A stretch of DNA of 63,334 nucleotides, the filler included, from Candidatus Coatesbacteria bacterium (GTDB taxonomy: Bacteria; JAFGND01): the NCBI GenBank assembly GCA_016927185.1. It is 3 parts of 3 records of this genome, joined end to end, with 100 filler letters (N's around TTAATTAATTAA, not from the genome) between each part and the next. Parts side by side here need not be neighbours in the genome. Positions count along the whole stretch, not along the records: positions 1 to 18,650 come from JAFGND010000049.1; positions 18,751 to 43,550 come from JAFGND010000010.1; 1 more part is not named here. One strand, given 5' to 3'. This document shows positions 9,717-22,569 of the stretch, piece after piece. The translations under genes were made by a program, and so were the position numbers. The notes beneath the pieces are model-generated. The model was not told where the DNA came from, did no database searches, and saw nothing but the letters and a program-made list of their open reading frames with translations. Within the stretch, counting starts at the first letter, position 1. Every line of letters begins with the position of its first letter.

Positions 9717-11756
9717 TTATCTCAAGCAGTCACCAGTTCTTTCATTATTGTATTGAAACATTGGCCATTTCCCTTGAGTTTTTACATCGTATACAACAAT
9801 CCTCTTCTCCAGACTAATGAATATTTCCCTGTCCATAACGGAAGGCTGAAACATTACCATGGATGGTGTTATCCATACATTATGGTCTGAATCAGAACTC
9901 TCTATGACAAAACCCAAATCAAGTACAATATATGCATGCTCATCATTTGTTGATATAACCCAAGATTCTATATCAGTAGCACCTTCACCAAAATCCATTT
10001 TTTCAGTGGCTTTATAACTATTAAATGGATTAATTTCAAGAAGCTTTTTAGCACTCCTGTCCCCCACATAAATATACCTGTTCATTATAATAGGTATCCC
10101 AAAAGCAAAATATGATGTCGAATTATCATCACTTATTCTAACTTGTCTAGTTCTGTCACCCGGAAAACAATCATAAACATAAAAATAACTATCATCTCCC
10201 GGTATTGCATAACTGCCATAATCTGATCTTACTGATGTTGTTTTCTCCCATGAACATCCAATGTCTCCAACATGCAACACAGTTATTCTATCATCTATAT
10301 TTGTTGCAACAAGCAATTTCTCATTGTGTGGAAAGAAAATGTAATGGGATCTATCTGTTATTGCAATAATTGAAGGCTGGAATTTCCCTTTCAAGGTAGT
10401 TGATATTGTAGATACAAGAGTTCCATCTTTTCTGAATGCTTTTGAACCTTCAAGAGTACCCAGATAAATCATGTCATTGTGCATAGTTGGATTAGTAGTA
10501 CAAACATCTTTTGTAGTCCATGATTCTGACAAATCACTATCATATCTTACTAAACCTTTGTCTCTTGTTGAAACAAAAAGTGCTCCGCTTTGATCAATGC
10601 ATGGATAACATGGTTCCAACAGGACACCGTTCACAGGAATTCTAGCTTCTCTCTGTCTGGAACCTCTGTTAAAAACATATATAAAACCAGAACTGGATTG
10701 AGTGAATATATAAAGCCTTTTATTTATTTCTGACAGAAGCGGGGATCCTATGATTTTTTCACCAGGATCCACCTTGAAGTCCCATTTGGGATGAAGAATT
10801 GTAACAGTACTATCACTATAAGTCGTAAATTCTCTTTCTGAATCACCAACTATTGATAGTCTTGATTTAGGAGTTATTCTAATTCTATTAAAATTAGACA
10901 GTTTTTTATGAGGTCTTTTCATCGCCAATCTTCTTGACTGACCTTTCATAATGCTTCCCTCATCATAAACATAAGCATATATATAGTATGCTCCATTAGG
11001 AATAGAATCACAGTCCCAGTTATACAATTCTGTACTGGCTTCTATCCCCTCAGCTATCAATGTCATATCAGTATCATCTTTATCAGTATCGTAATAAAAA
11101 TCTACTTTTACATCTTTTATACTATCCGGATTGCTGAATTCCCATATAATCGGGAAAATTTCTGAACCATACGAACCATCTTTTGGTGGATTCAGAAATG
11201 AAATCGAAAATGAAGCATTGTGAGAGATTTCCACTTTACCTTTGCTGAATACGCCTACTAAAACCATTTTCTTGTGTTTTTTCCCGACCTTATTGATATT
11301 AGTTAATAATTTGATCTTGCTTATCTCTTTCAGCATGATTTCCTTTTGAATTGATTTCTTTTTAATAGCAGAAACCTGATCATCTATTTCAGCATAGAGA
11401 TAATAGGATCCTTCTGGAACATCAATACAATTCCATTTATAGGCTTTATCTATAGCTTTTATACCTTCTGTAATCAGCTTTATACTGTCAATATCAGTGT
11501 TTTTCGAATAATACAAATCAACAAAACATTCATCATTATCCTCATCTTTATAGTCCCATCTGACAGTAATGCTTGAATCAGCCTGGGTATTCGTAGTATC
11601 TGATGGAACCGTAAACCAGAATTCAGGAGCATGATTAGCTTTTCTCTTATCATAATTGGTTCCATCAGGATCATATGGATTGTCTCTCTTGACAAAAATA
11701 CAATTAACTGTTAAACAACAAGCAACCAATAAAATAAAAAAAGATTTAGTTTTCAT
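9717..11756 (-). CDS. Lipoprotein with two Ig-like repeats and a PQQ/BamB-like beta-propeller
   Basis: Lipobox TVNC followed by KRDNPYDP. Duplicated unit W...VDxYY...LIxEGI...YxW.C..xP.G.YY. Ends in WPMFQYNNERTG, typical of PQQ-like propellers. Confidence 0.65.
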   Translation of the reverse strand: MKTKSFFILLVACCLTVNCIFVKRDNPYDPDGTNYDKRKANHAPEFWFTVPSDTTNTQADSSITVRWDYKDEDNDECFVDLYYSKNTDIDSIKLITEGIKAIDKAYKWNCIDVPEGSYYLYAEIDDQVSAIKKKSIQKEIMLKEISKIKLLTNINKVGKKHKKMVLVGVFSKGKVEISHNASFSISFLNPPKDGSYGSEIFPIIWEFSNPDSIKDVKVDFYYDTDKDDTDMTLIAEGIEASTELYNWDCDSIPNGAYYIYAYVYDEGSIMKGQSRRLAMKRPHKKLSNFNRIRITPKSRLSIVGDSEREFTTYSDSTVTILHPKWDFKVDPGEKIIGSPLLSEINKRLYIFTQSSSGFIYVFNRGSRQREARIPVNGVLLEPCYPCIDQSGALFVSTRDKGLVRYDSDLSESWTTKDVCTTNPTMHNDMIYLGTLEGSKAFRKDGTLVSTISTTLKGKFQPSIIAITDRSHYIFFPHNEKLLVATNIDDRITVLHVGDIGCSWEKTTSVRSDYGSYAIPGDDSYFYVYDCFPGDRTRQVRISDDNSTSYFAFGIPIIMNRYIYVGDRSAKKLLEINPFNSYKATEKMDFGEGATDIESWVISTNDEHAYIVLDLGFVIESSDSDHNVWITPSMVMFQPSVMDREIFISLEKRIVVYDVKTQGKWPMFQYNNERTGDCLR

Positions 11757-11769
11757 ATTGTTCCTCTAC

Positions 11770-13089
11770 TTAAAGAATATAGCGGCTTAAATCCTTATTA
11801 ATTACAAAATCAGAGAGAGTTTTGTCAATACAATTTTTCGTGATAACAATTCTATCATTATCTTTTGGTATCTCAAAAAGTATTGGTTCAAGAACTTTTG
11901 CAAGTATTGTCTGCAGCCTTCTTGCTCCAATGTTTTCAACTTCCCTGTTAACCTGGGCAGCAATTTTTGCTATTTCTCTAATGGCATCCTCTTCGAATTC
12001 CAACTCTATTCCCTCTGTCAAGAGCAACTCCTTATATTGCTTAGTTAACGCATTTTCAGGTTCATTCAAAATCCTTATGAAATCATCCTCGGACAGAGAA
12101 TCCATTTCCACTCGTATAGGCAGTCTTCCCTGTAATTCAGGGAGCAAATCACTTGGTTTATTGATATGGAAGGCTCCTGCCGCAATAAACAGAATATGTT
12201 TCGTATTTATCATTCCATATTTAGTAGTTACGCTGCATCCTTCTATTATCGGCAATAAATCTCTCTGGACACCTCCTCTTGAAACATCAGGTCCATGATC
12301 AGTTGAAGAACCAACTACTTTATCAATCTCATCAATGAAAATTATCCCTGAATGCTGAGTCAGTTCCTTTGCCTCCTCAATAACTGACTCCATATCTACC
12401 AATTTCTGTGATTCTTCCTGAGTAAAATATGCAATTGCCTGAGCAACTGTTTTCTTTGTGATTTTAGTTTTCTTTGGCATTATATTATCAAAAATACTTC
12501 CCAGACTTACACCCATTTCTTCCATACCTTGATTTGAAAAAATCTCAAAACTAGGTTTAGAGGAAACTTGCTGCTCTATTTCAATCTCTCGTAAATCAAG
12601 TTCTCCCTTTATTAATTTTTCCCTGAGTCTTTCTCTTGTATGCTGCCTTCTTTCCTCATTTTCAACATTAGAAGATGGGATCAGCTTATCAAGGACTCTA
12701 TTATAAGCATTTTCCCTTGCTTGCAGTTCAACTCTCAAGGTTTTTTCAGACTTAATCATGTTTATTGCTATTTCAAGGAGATCTCTTACCATGGTTTCAA
12801 CATCCCTGCCAACATAACCGACCTCTGTGAATTTGCTGGCTTCAACTTTTATAAAGGGAGCTCCTACAAGATCAGCTAATCTCCTTGCTATTTCTGTCTT
12901 TCCTACACCAGTCGGTCCTATCAACAGAATATTGTTGGGAGTTATTTCATCCTGCATTCTGCCTGTTACCCTAAGCCTTCTCCATCTATTCCTTATTGCA
13001 ACTGCAACTGCCTTCTTTGCCTTCTTCTGTCCAACAATGAAATTATCCAGAGCTTCTACAATTTGCCTGGGGAGAAGATTTATTGTCAT
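11770..13089 (-). CDS. hslU: ATP-dependent protease ATPase subunit HslU
   Basis: GPTGVGKTEIARRLA, KFTEVGYVGRDVE, IFIDEIDK, GARRL, DLSRYIL. Confidence 0.97.
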   Translation of the reverse strand: MTINLLPRQIVEALDNFIVGQKKAKKAVAVAIRNRWRRLRVTGRMQDEITPNNILLIGPTGVGKTEIARRLADLVGAPFIKVEASKFTEVGYVGRDVETMVRDLLEIAINMIKSEKTLRVELQARENAYNRVLDKLIPSSNVENEERRQHTRERLREKLIKGELDLREIEIEQQVSSKPSFEIFSNQGMEEMGVSLGSIFDNIMPKKTKITKKTVAQAIAYFTQEESQKLVDMESVIEEAKELTQHSGIIFIDEIDKVVGSSTDHGPDVSRGGVQRDLLPIIEGCSVTTKYGMINTKHILFIAAGAFHINKPSDLLPELQGRLPIRVEMDSLSEDDFIRILNEPENALTKQYKELLLTEGIELEFEEDAIREIAKIAAQVNREVENIGARRLQTILAKVLEPILFEIPKDNDRIVITKNCIDKTLSDFVINKDLSRYIL

Positions 13090-13090
13090 T

Positions 13091-13627
13091 TCATGCCTCA
13101 AGTGAGTATATTGTAATGCTTGAATTAGTATATATGCATATTTCTGAAGCTATGCCTAATGATTCCGTGATGATTTCCTTTGCACTCAGGTCACTGTATC
13201 TGAAAAGAGCTCTAGCTGCAGCCAATGCATAAGCCCCTCCTGAACCTATTGCCAATATACCATCATCAGGTTCCAGTATATCCCCATTTCCTGAGATAAG
13301 CAATCCGTTATTCAAATCCATAACTATCAGTACTGCTTCCAGCCTTCTTAATATCTTGTCTTGTCTCCATTCCTTGCCCATATCAACAGCTGCTTTTATT
13401 AATTGTCCATCACTTTCTTTTAAGTGACCTTCAAACTTCTCGAATAATGATAATCCGTCAGCTGCCGAACCTGCGAAACCTGCTAGAACCCTGTTATCAA
13501 ACAGTCTTCTTATCTTGATAGCTTTATGCTTTACAACAGTATTACCAAGTGTAACCTGTCCATCGCAACCTATTGCAACAATACCATTTCTTCTTAATCC
13601 TATAACGGTAGTGCTATGCTGTTCCAT
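13091..13627 (-). CDS. hslV: ATP-dependent protease subunit HslV
   Basis: Thr nucleophile in STTVIG. DGQVTLG, AIGSGG, CIYTN. Confidence 0.97.
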   Translation of the reverse strand: MEQHSTTVIGLRRNGIVAIGCDGQVTLGNTVVKHKAIKIRRLFDNRVLAGFAGSAADGLSLFEKFEGHLKESDGQLIKAAVDMGKEWRQDKILRRLEAVLIVMDLNNGLLISGNGDILEPDDGILAIGSGGAYALAAARALFRYSDLSAKEIITESLGIASEICIYTNSSITIYSLEA

Positions 13628-13629
13628 TT

Positions 13630-16359
13630 CTATCCTTTTTTAAGTGAATCTGCTTTAGATGCAGAATCATTCTTTTCAGGAATTACTTCCGATACATGCT
13701 TTTTATATTCTTCCAGTTTTCTCCTCATATTTTCCACTCTCTCAGGAGGAATCCTTCCTTCTATTACAACTTCCTGATTAAGGTATTTCTCAAGAATAGT
13801 AATTGCATTTTTATAATTCCCCTGTAATACATGAATTTCTGCCAGCTCTGAATAAGCTTGATTGTAATAAGGAAAAGTCTGAATTGCCTGGTTGAATGCC
13901 TGCTTAGCCTTATCATACTGTTTCTGACTCTTATAAAACAACCCTAGTGAATTAGTTATTTCCGCATATGCAAAAACCTTGTTTGCTTTTATCTGGTTTA
14001 CTGCTACACCTTTTGCCGTCATTTCTTTTTCAAAGTCAATGAGAGCTTTATCAAACATTCCCTGTCCTTCTTTTATAGCTCCTGATCTTACCAGATCTAT
14101 AGAAATAACCAATCTCATTCTTGAATCATTAGCTTTAAACTGTGCAGCCTTTGTTAAAGCTCTTAATGCAAGTTTATAATGTCCCTTACCATATCCCCAA
14201 TCAGCTATTTTTTTCAATCCAATTGAATAATTGATAGACAGTCTCTTTGTTTCATCATCTACGAATACAGATGGATCCTGCAAGGACGCACAATTGTAAT
14301 ATTTTCCTGCATTAGATATCAATCTTATCATATGAAAATCATCAGGTAAAGGTTCCTGAGTAATTCTGGATACCATCCCTTCCATCCTTGAAAGAGGATG
14401 ATATAGCTCCATATTCCTCTGAGGTACAGTTACAGCAAAAAAGATTGGCATGTTTTTCTTCATTGATGCTTCAATAATGCTGAATAGCATGAAATCTCTG
14501 AACATTGGTAGCATTAGTTCTTCTTCAACTGTCAACTTCAACTTGCCAACATTGAAAACATGTCCCTTGCTGTAACCCCACTCTCCCCTTCTCACCTCTG
14601 ACTTCCAATCAGTTGCTGTATATTTGTGCAGCAAATCCTCATCAAGCTTGACAACCTGTTCTTTTGTCATAGTGAAAGGTGTTACTGGTTCATCAATCAT
14701 AAGCTGGGTTGCATACCAGGATGTGTTTATTAGAGAAAGATTAACCAATCTTACATCAGGTCTGTAATAAAATGCGCACATTAAAGCCCATGGAGGGAAA
14801 GTATCATTATCTCCATTGGTGAAAACTACTGGATTCAATTCCATGCTATTTATAATGTTCCTGCCGTAGTCTGCAGCTACTTCATTTCCAGCTCTGTCAT
14901 GCTCATGCCACCATGATGCAGCTCCCAGTAAAACCAGGATTGAGAAGACTGCTCCTCCTGCTATTTGATAAATTCTGTCTTCCAGCATTCTTATTACATA
15001 GAAAATAGCTATACTCAGAAAAAAGCTGCAGAACATGTAAGTAGGTGCATAAAAGTAATCTCTATCCCTGACTTCTTCTGCAGAGAAATTCAGATATACG
15101 AAAAGCCCTATGGTTGAAAGCAAAAACAAAAGCAGATTGAGCCAGAAAACAAGTCTCCTCTCGTCTGAAGGAGGAGATTTATCCTGAATACTGTAAAAAA
15201 GTGGTGAGACAACCCCATACAGTATCAGCACTATTATTACTGAAATCATTAGTATCTTGAAAGTATTGTTTACCTTTGATGGATTGAAGTATTGCCATTC
15301 GAAATATCTCCAGAATTCTTTCTTGAACTGTATGGAAAGATCCGTCTTCCTTTCAAACATTGATGTCTGGGAATACTGCTGCCTGTTAACAAAACCCCAG
15401 AACATTGTCCACGTATTAGGTTTGCTTTCATTGACAATTCTCGGATTTAAATTGCTTCTTACAGGTAAATAAAGATGAGCACTTAATCCCAGAAGGAACA
15501 TTACTAATGACAATAATGAGATTTTAAAAAATCTCCTCAACTCATTTAATGAGATCTCCTTTTTACTATAACCTGAATACAGAGAATAAATCAAGCAAGA
15601 TAATATGATTAAAACGACAATATTCATGAATTTTTCAACCACAAAATCTACCTTGATAACACCCAGCAGGAAAAACACAAGAACAAATCCGGTAGTCATG
15701 AAGAATGCTTTTGTTCCTATTCTTGGGTATAATTTTATATAAACAAGTGCTACGATTGCAGGAGCTATAAGAAATGATGTCATATGATTTGATATTGAAA
15801 GTCCAAGCAAAAAAGCTATGACAATCAGCAATGAATATCTGGAAGGATTCCTGAACCAAACCAGTAAAAGATAAAGGCACAAGGAAATAAACAATCCAGC
15901 TGTCCCGTATACTTCAGCTTCAACTGAATTAGTCCAGTAAGTATATGAGAAAGCCATAGCGATTGCTCCGCAACATGCTGCCAAATGTCCATACCAGGGT
16001 ATTGTATCATTTTTTACCAATATACGGATTAATTCCACTACCATGAAAAAAGATACCAATACTGTTACGGCACTTGCTACGGCACTTAGCAAATTCACTC
16101 TTCCTGCGAAATCCTTCAGAAGCGCCATCATAAAAAAGATTCTTCCCAGTATTACATAAAATGGAGAGCCAGGTTGATGAGGAATACCTAATATAGAGGA
16201 AGCTGCAACAAACTCACCGGAATCCCAGAAAGGGATTGAAGGAGTTAACGTAATATAATAAACAACAAAAGCTGCTATTCCACTGCCTATTCCTATCAGC
16301 TTATCTAGAAGAGAATACTTGGGGAAAAAACCCTCATTCATACCCTCTATATTCATCAT
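13630..16359 (-). CDS. DUF2723 / TMEM260-like GT-C membrane glycosyltransferase with C-terminal TPRs
   Basis: [39 protein letters not shown]. Multiple transmembrane helices and a TPR tail. Confidence 0.88.
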   Translation of the reverse strand: MMNIEGMNEGFFPKYSLLDKLIGIGSGIAAFVVYYITLTPSIPFWDSGEFVAASSILGIPHQPGSPFYVILGRIFFMMALLKDFAGRVNLLSAVASAVTVLVSFFMVVELIRILVKNDTIPWYGHLAACCGAIAMAFSYTYWTNSVEAEVYGTAGLFISLCLYLLLVWFRNPSRYSLLIVIAFLLGLSISNHMTSFLIAPAIVALVYIKLYPRIGTKAFFMTTGFVLVFFLLGVIKVDFVVEKFMNIVVLIILSCLIYSLYSGYSKKEISLNELRRFFKISLLSLVMFLLGLSAHLYLPVRSNLNPRIVNESKPNTWTMFWGFVNRQQYSQTSMFERKTDLSIQFKKEFWRYFEWQYFNPSKVNNTFKILMISVIIVLILYGVVSPLFYSIQDKSPPSDERRLVFWLNLLLFLLSTIGLFVYLNFSAEEVRDRDYFYAPTYMFCSFFLSIAIFYVIRMLEDRIYQIAGGAVFSILVLLGAASWWHEHDRAGNEVAADYGRNIINSMELNPVVFTNGDNDTFPPWALMCAFYYRPDVRLVNLSLINTSWYATQLMIDEPVTPFTMTKEQVVKLDEDLLHKYTATDWKSEVRRGEWGYSKGHVFNVGKLKLTVEEELMLPMFRDFMLFSIIEASMKKNMPIFFAVTVPQRNMELYHPLSRMEGMVSRITQEPLPDDFHMIRLISNAGKYYNCASLQDPSVFVDDETKRLSINYSIGLKKIADWGYGKGHYKLALRALTKAAQFKANDSRMRLVISIDLVRSGAIKEGQGMFDKALIDFEKEMTAKGVAVNQIKANKVFAYAEITNSLGLFYKSQKQYDKAKQAFNQAIQTFPYYNQAYSELAEIHVLQGNYKNAITILEKYLNQEVVIEGRIPPERVENMRRKLEEYKKHVSEVIPEKNDSASKADSLKKG

Positions 16360-16366
16360 TCGCTCC

Positions 16367-18286
<1,920 letters not shown>

Positions 18287-18402
18287 TCATCAACCTTTCC
18301 GCACTTTTTTGTATGTATAAGCCACAAATATTGCATGTTTTAGTCAAGTAACATTAGGATTCAGGATTAATTTAACCCCAAAGACTAATGGACTGAGTTG
18401 TA

Positions 18403-18461
18403 AACCTCACCCCTAGCCCCTCTCCTTGTAGAGAGGGGAGTCTGGAAGACGGGGTGAGGTT
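18403..18461. repeat. GC-rich BoxC/REP-like palindromic element
   Basis: AACCTCACCCC (18403-13) pairs with GGGGTGAGGTT (18451-61). Inner stems are CCCCTCTC/GAGAGGGG and GTCT/AGAC. Confidence 0.7.
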
Positions 18462-18650
18462 AATATAATTTTCTTACCTTAATAATTATAAGGAAAACCT
18501 TAAATAATGATTTACTGATAAGAGTCTGATTTCAATATGAATCAAAGGAATTATATAAAACATAGCTTCTCACTGTTGTTTATTGATGCATACAGGAGAT
18601 ATTAACTTCAGTATATAATTATAAAGAAAAGGTCTCAAAAGTTACTACTT

Positions 18651-18750
18651 NNNNNNNNNNNNNNNNNNNNNNNNNNNNNNNNNNNNNNNNNNNNTTAATT
18701 AATTAANNNNNNNNNNNNNNNNNNNNNNNNNNNNNNNNNNNNNNNNNNNN
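18651..18750. other. Artificial contig-joining linker
   Basis: N-run, TTAATTAATTAA (stops in all six frames), N-run. Confidence 0.97.
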
Positions 18751-18851
18751 TAAAGAGGTTCAAGCGCATATATAGTATTTGATGAGAATAAAAATAATGC
18801 TATTACAAATATTAAGATCTTCATTTCAACCTCCTTTATTAAGATCTTCAT
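18751..18851 (-). CDS. 5' end of a secreted-protein gene truncated by the contig break
   Basis: AAGGAGG plus ATG at both 18851 and 18824. Reads MKILIFVIALFLFSSNTIYA/LEPL, a Sec signal peptide. Confidence 0.75.
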
Positions 18852-18864
18852 TTCAACCTCCTTT
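18811..18864. repeat. 27-bp perfect tandem duplication covering the RBS and start codon
   Basis: ATTAAGATCTTCATTTCAACCTCCTTT occurs twice in tandem. Confidence 0.9.
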
Positions 18865-18977
18865 TAATATTATGCTTTCAGAATAGGTTTTTGATGGTAT
18901 TTTTATTAATAACATTCTTTTAAATAATACTAATAGCTTTCCATAAAAAGTCTGTTTAGTCAAAAAAAAAAAAAAAA

Positions 18978-19027
18978 ATAGATTGTCAAGGATTTTTTGT
19001 TTTTTATATTAATCTAGCCTCCAAAGA
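18978..19027 (-). repeat. Dispersed promoter-like repeat, copy 1 (copy 2 at 63285-63334)
   Basis: Minus strand reads TCTTTGG..GGCTAGATTAA..AAAATCCTTGACAATCTAT, followed by a T17 tract. Confidence 0.8.
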
Positions 19028-19309
19028 CTTATGGACACGAATTCTGATAATTATTCACTATCCAAAAGCTCTCTTTTCAAGAGCAATTTGTCGTAGAAGA
19101 AATACTTGAACTGGCAACAAGCAGTATATTTTTATCGAAATGCTTATTGCAAATGACATGCTTTAATATATTTCAGATAAAAATCCTCTTCTTAATGATT
19201 GTTACAATTATCAGCAGATTCACTGATATTACTTGACATAATTATAATTTAAAGGACTGAAGCAAACAAAGATTTTTTAGGGAATATCAGAGAGAAAGTA
19301 TTTTAATAG

Positions 19310-19984
19310 ATGTCAAAACTTCTGGCACGCTTTTTGAATATCATATTTCGTATGCTAGCTAGATTTTCTGAAGACAGAAGTTCTGTCAGTCTGCTTAGTG
19401 AGCAGATTATGATTCCAATAACATGGTCTAATATTTTAGAAATATTTTTCACTGTTGCAACTTTGAGAATTGTTTTGCATTTGATTTATTCGACAGTAAG
19501 ACCAGCATTTCTCTTCAAGGAAGCATTACTGCTGTTTTATCTTTCACAGATTATCTATTCGCTTCTTTTCATAACACTAATCAAGAATCCTTATGGTGAA
19601 TTCAGGCTGAATATAATAGAAATGTTTCCAAGAAGCAAGATCCCGCAACTGTTTACATCAATAGCTTTCCTGTTTGTTGCGAACGTTTTCTGGTTTCTTA
19701 CATTAATCCCTTTCTTTATTGAATATTACACTGCATTCCCTCCTTATAATACTCTTTCAATAATATCATTCATACTGTTCATAATAGTATTCAATATATG
19801 CCTGCAAACTCATATTCTGATTGGCATGCATCCAGGGGATCAGGCAAAGAATTTCCTTGTAATATCAGTTCCTCTATTAGGTCTGGGAGTCTTTGTTCCC
19901 CAGATATATGTCCCTTCTTTTCTGCTTGCATATATGATAATACTTATAGCATTCACGCAGAGACTTTTTCCAGACATGGAATAG
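19310..19984 (+). CDS. Hypothetical polytopic membrane protein
   Basis: 224-aa ORF with several hydrophobic segments. Start uncertain. Confidence 0.6.
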   Translation: MSKLLARFLNIIFRMLARFSEDRSSVSLLSEQIMIPITWSNILEIFFTVATLRIVLHLIYSTVRPAFLFKEALLLFYLSQIIYSLLFITLIKNPYGEFRLNIIEMFPRSKIPQLFTSIAFLFVANVFWFLTLIPFFIEYYTAFPPYNTLSIISFILFIIVFNICLQTHILIGMHPGDQAKNFLVISVPLLGLGVFVPQIYVPSFLLAYMIILIAFTQRLFPDME

Positions 19985-20047
19985 TTTTCTCTTGACTTTT
20001 TATATCCAATTTATTATCATACAAGAAAATAGAATGGAGGAAATATA

Positions 20048-20272
20048 ATGGGTATAGGAATGACTGAGCTTCTTGTCATACTGGGGCTTGCTCTGCTATT
20101 CTTTGGTGGAAAAAAACTCCCTGAGCTTGCCAAGGGATTAGGCAGAGGAGTGAGGGAATTCAAGCAAGCCTTGGGTGGCATAGAAGATATCGAAGAGGAA
20201 ATAAACAAACCAGTTTCAAAAGAAAAGGATAAAAAAGAAGGCGATACGGAAGAAGCAGAAAAGAAAGAATAG
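20048..20272 (+). CDS. tatA: Twin-arginine translocase TatA/TatE
   Basis: [10 protein letters not shown]...[21 protein letters not shown]. Confidence 0.95.
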   Translation: MGIGMTELLVILGLALLFFGGKKLPELAKGLGRGVREFKQALGGIEDIEEEINKPVSKEKDKKEGDTEEAEKKE

Positions 20273-20273
20273 T

Positions 20274-20732
20274 TTGAACTTCAATTTCTTCAAATCAGTT
20301 CCATTCGAAGGATCTTATCTAGACAAACTGCACGAAATAGAAAATGCCTGCTATCCGGATCCCTGGTCAAAAGCAATGCTTTCAGATGAAATAGGCGAGG
20401 AATATTCAGAAATTTTTCTTTACAAGAATGATCCAATTGGCTATATAAGCGGCAGACTATATATTGATGAAGCACATATACTTAGCATAGCAATAGAGCC
20501 TTCATGGCAAAGGAAAGGGATTGGAAGAAAATTCTTGACAGACTGGCTTCATAAAGTGAGAGAGGATGGCGCTGAAAGAGTGCATCTTGAGGTGAGGGTA
20601 TCAAACAGGAGTGCCCAGAATCTCTACATCAGTTTGGGATTTGAATTGACAGGAAAGAGAGTAAATTTTTATGACGATCCCCCTGAGGATGCACTATTAA
20701 TGACACTGGATTTCAGGAAGAATGCTTACTGA
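20274..20732 (+). CDS. rimI: Ribosomal protein S18-alanine N-acetyltransferase
   Basis: IE..YPDPWS, EAHILSIAI, QRKGIG, LEVRVSN, EDALLM. Confidence 0.88.
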   Translation: MNFNFFKSVPFEGSYLDKLHEIENACYPDPWSKAMLSDEIGEEYSEIFLYKNDPIGYISGRLYIDEAHILSIAIEPSWQRKGIGRKFLTDWLHKVREDGAERVHLEVRVSNRSAQNLYISLGFELTGKRVNFYDDPPEDALLMTLDFRKNAY

Positions 20733-20756
20733 AAACTCAAGAAAGGATTGTGAATA

Positions 20757-21416
20757 ATGAATTTAGAGGAAATAGCAAAACTCAAGTATCTTTGTGAAGC
20801 TCCCAAGGATGAGATTGCCATGAAATACGAACTTGAAAAACTCAAAAGCAAGAATGGAGTTGCGTATCTAAAGAAGAAGAGCTCAAGGATATTGGGAGTG
20901 GCTCACCTTGACAGCAAGAACGAATATTCAGATTTCAATATAGAAGAGGATTTGATATCATGCCAGACACTTGATGACAGGCTGGGGGTTTATACTCTGC
21001 TTGAAGAACTTCCATCAAGAGGCATTCATCTGGATATACTGCTTACTGACAATGAAGAGGATGGCAGATCCACAATTTCCAACCTTGATTTATCCTTTTT
21101 CGATAATTATAACTGGATAGTTGAATTTGACAGGAAGGGTTATGATTTTGTAGTATATGATGATGGCATACCAGAGCATATAATTGCTCATGTAGAAAGG
21201 TATTTTCATAAAGGTCAGGGAACTGGAAGTGACATAAAATATCTCAGGGATCATCCAACAGCTTGTGCATTCAATATTGGTATTGGATATCAGGAAGAGC
21301 ATACTGAAGATGCATATATGGAAATAGATGTTTATGATAAGCAGATAGAGACTTTTGTATCGTTTTTCAATGAATTCAAGAACAAAATCTTCAACAAGAA
21401 AAACAAATCGATTTAA
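20757..21416 (+). CDS. Zn-dependent exopeptidase (M20/M28/M42 clan), minimal form
   Basis: AHLD, LDDRLG, NEE, EFDRKG, SDI, GYQEEHT. Confidence 0.75.
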   Translation: MNLEEIAKLKYLCEAPKDEIAMKYELEKLKSKNGVAYLKKKSSRILGVAHLDSKNEYSDFNIEEDLISCQTLDDRLGVYTLLEELPSRGIHLDILLTDNEEDGRSTISNLDLSFFDNYNWIVEFDRKGYDFVVYDDGIPEHIIAHVERYFHKGQGTGSDIKYLRDHPTACAFNIGIGYQEEHTEDAYMEIDVYDKQIETFVSFFNEFKNKIFNKKNKSI

Positions 21417-21437
21417 GCGAGACGTCAAGGAGTTATC

Positions 21438-22556
21438 ATGAAGATATTAGTGACAGGTGGAGCAGGTTTCATAGGATCGTATATAACAGATATCTTGATA
21501 GATGCAGGACATGAAGTTACAATTCTGGATAACCTGGATCCACAAGTTCATGAGAATGGAAAAATCCCTGATTATCTCAACAAAAAGGCAGTATTTGTGA
21601 AGGGTGATGTCCTTGATTATGATTTGTTCAAGGAATTGATACTGAAATCAGAAGCAGTTTTTCATGAGGCTTCAGCAGTTGGAGTTGGACAAAGCCAGTA
21701 TGAAATCAAGCATTATACTGATGTTAATGTCTCAGGAACGGCTAACATGCTTGATATAATTGTAAATAACAAGCACAAAATAAGGAAAATAATTGTTGCT
21801 GCTAGCATGTCAAGCTATGGTGAAGGGAATTACATGTGCAAGAAGCATGGAGTAGTTAGACCTGGCTTGAGAAGCGAGGAACAGCTAAAGAACAGCGACT
21901 GGGATCTGTATTGTCCGAAAGAAGGCTGCCATAATCGCCTCACTCCTGTTCCTACTGATGAAAAAGCTGAACGTCAATCCAATAGCATATATGCAATAAC
22001 GAAAGCGACACAGGAGGATCTTGTTCTGAATATAGGAAAGACATACGGGATTCCTGCTATTGCATTGCGTTATTTCAATGTTTACGGTCCGAGACAAAGT
22101 CTCTCTAATCCGTATACTGGTGTTGCAGCAATTTTCATGAGCAGGATAAAGTCAGGCAATCCCCCAATCATCTATGAAGATGGGTTGCAGGCAAGGGATT
22201 TCATAAGCATAAATGATGTGGCAAGGGCAAACCTGCTAGCACTTGAAAGCGATGCTGCAAATTTCCTTGGAATAAATATTGGAACTGGTTTACCAGTGAG
22301 CATTCTTGAGGTTGCAAAAACAATAGCAAACCTTTATGGAAGCAAGGCAGAACCTGAGATAAGAAGGAAATTCAGGAAAGGTGATGTAAGGAATTGCTAT
22401 GCTGACATAACCCTTGCAAAGAAAGTCCTGAACTGGCATCCACTTGTTTCATTTGAAGACGGAATGAATGAGCTTATTGAGGCATCAAGAAATATTGAAA
22501 GCACAGATAATTACTCTAAAGCTGAACAGGAATTGAAAGACAAGGGAATAATATAG
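21438..22556 (+). CDS. NAD-dependent nucleotide-sugar epimerase/dehydratase (extended SDR)
   Basis: GGAGFIG, YAITK, LRYFNVYGPRQ. Cys-containing insertion. Confidence 0.92.
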   Translation: MKILVTGGAGFIGSYITDILIDAGHEVTILDNLDPQVHENGKIPDYLNKKAVFVKGDVLDYDLFKELILKSEAVFHEASAVGVGQSQYEIKHYTDVNVSGTANMLDIIVNNKHKIRKIIVAASMSSYGEGNYMCKKHGVVRPGLRSEEQLKNSDWDLYCPKEGCHNRLTPVPTDEKAERQSNSIYAITKATQEDLVLNIGKTYGIPAIALRYFNVYGPRQSLSNPYTGVAAIFMSRIKSGNPPIIYEDGLQARDFISINDVARANLLALESDAANFLGINIGTGLPVSILEVAKTIANLYGSKAEPEIRRKFRKGDVRNCYADITLAKKVLNWHPLVSFEDGMNELIEASRNIESTDNYSKAEQELKDKGII

Positions 22557-22569
22557 GGTTATTCCTGTT

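Noticed and set aside
18651..18750. TTAATTAATTAA palindrome inside N-runs (also at 43551-43650) as a biological repeat
   Set aside because: It is a standard six-frame-stop linker used to concatenate contigs.
20757..21416. Prophage, suggested by the phage-like minimal peptidase
   Set aside because: It is flanked by housekeeping genes, and no integrase or structural genes occur in the window.
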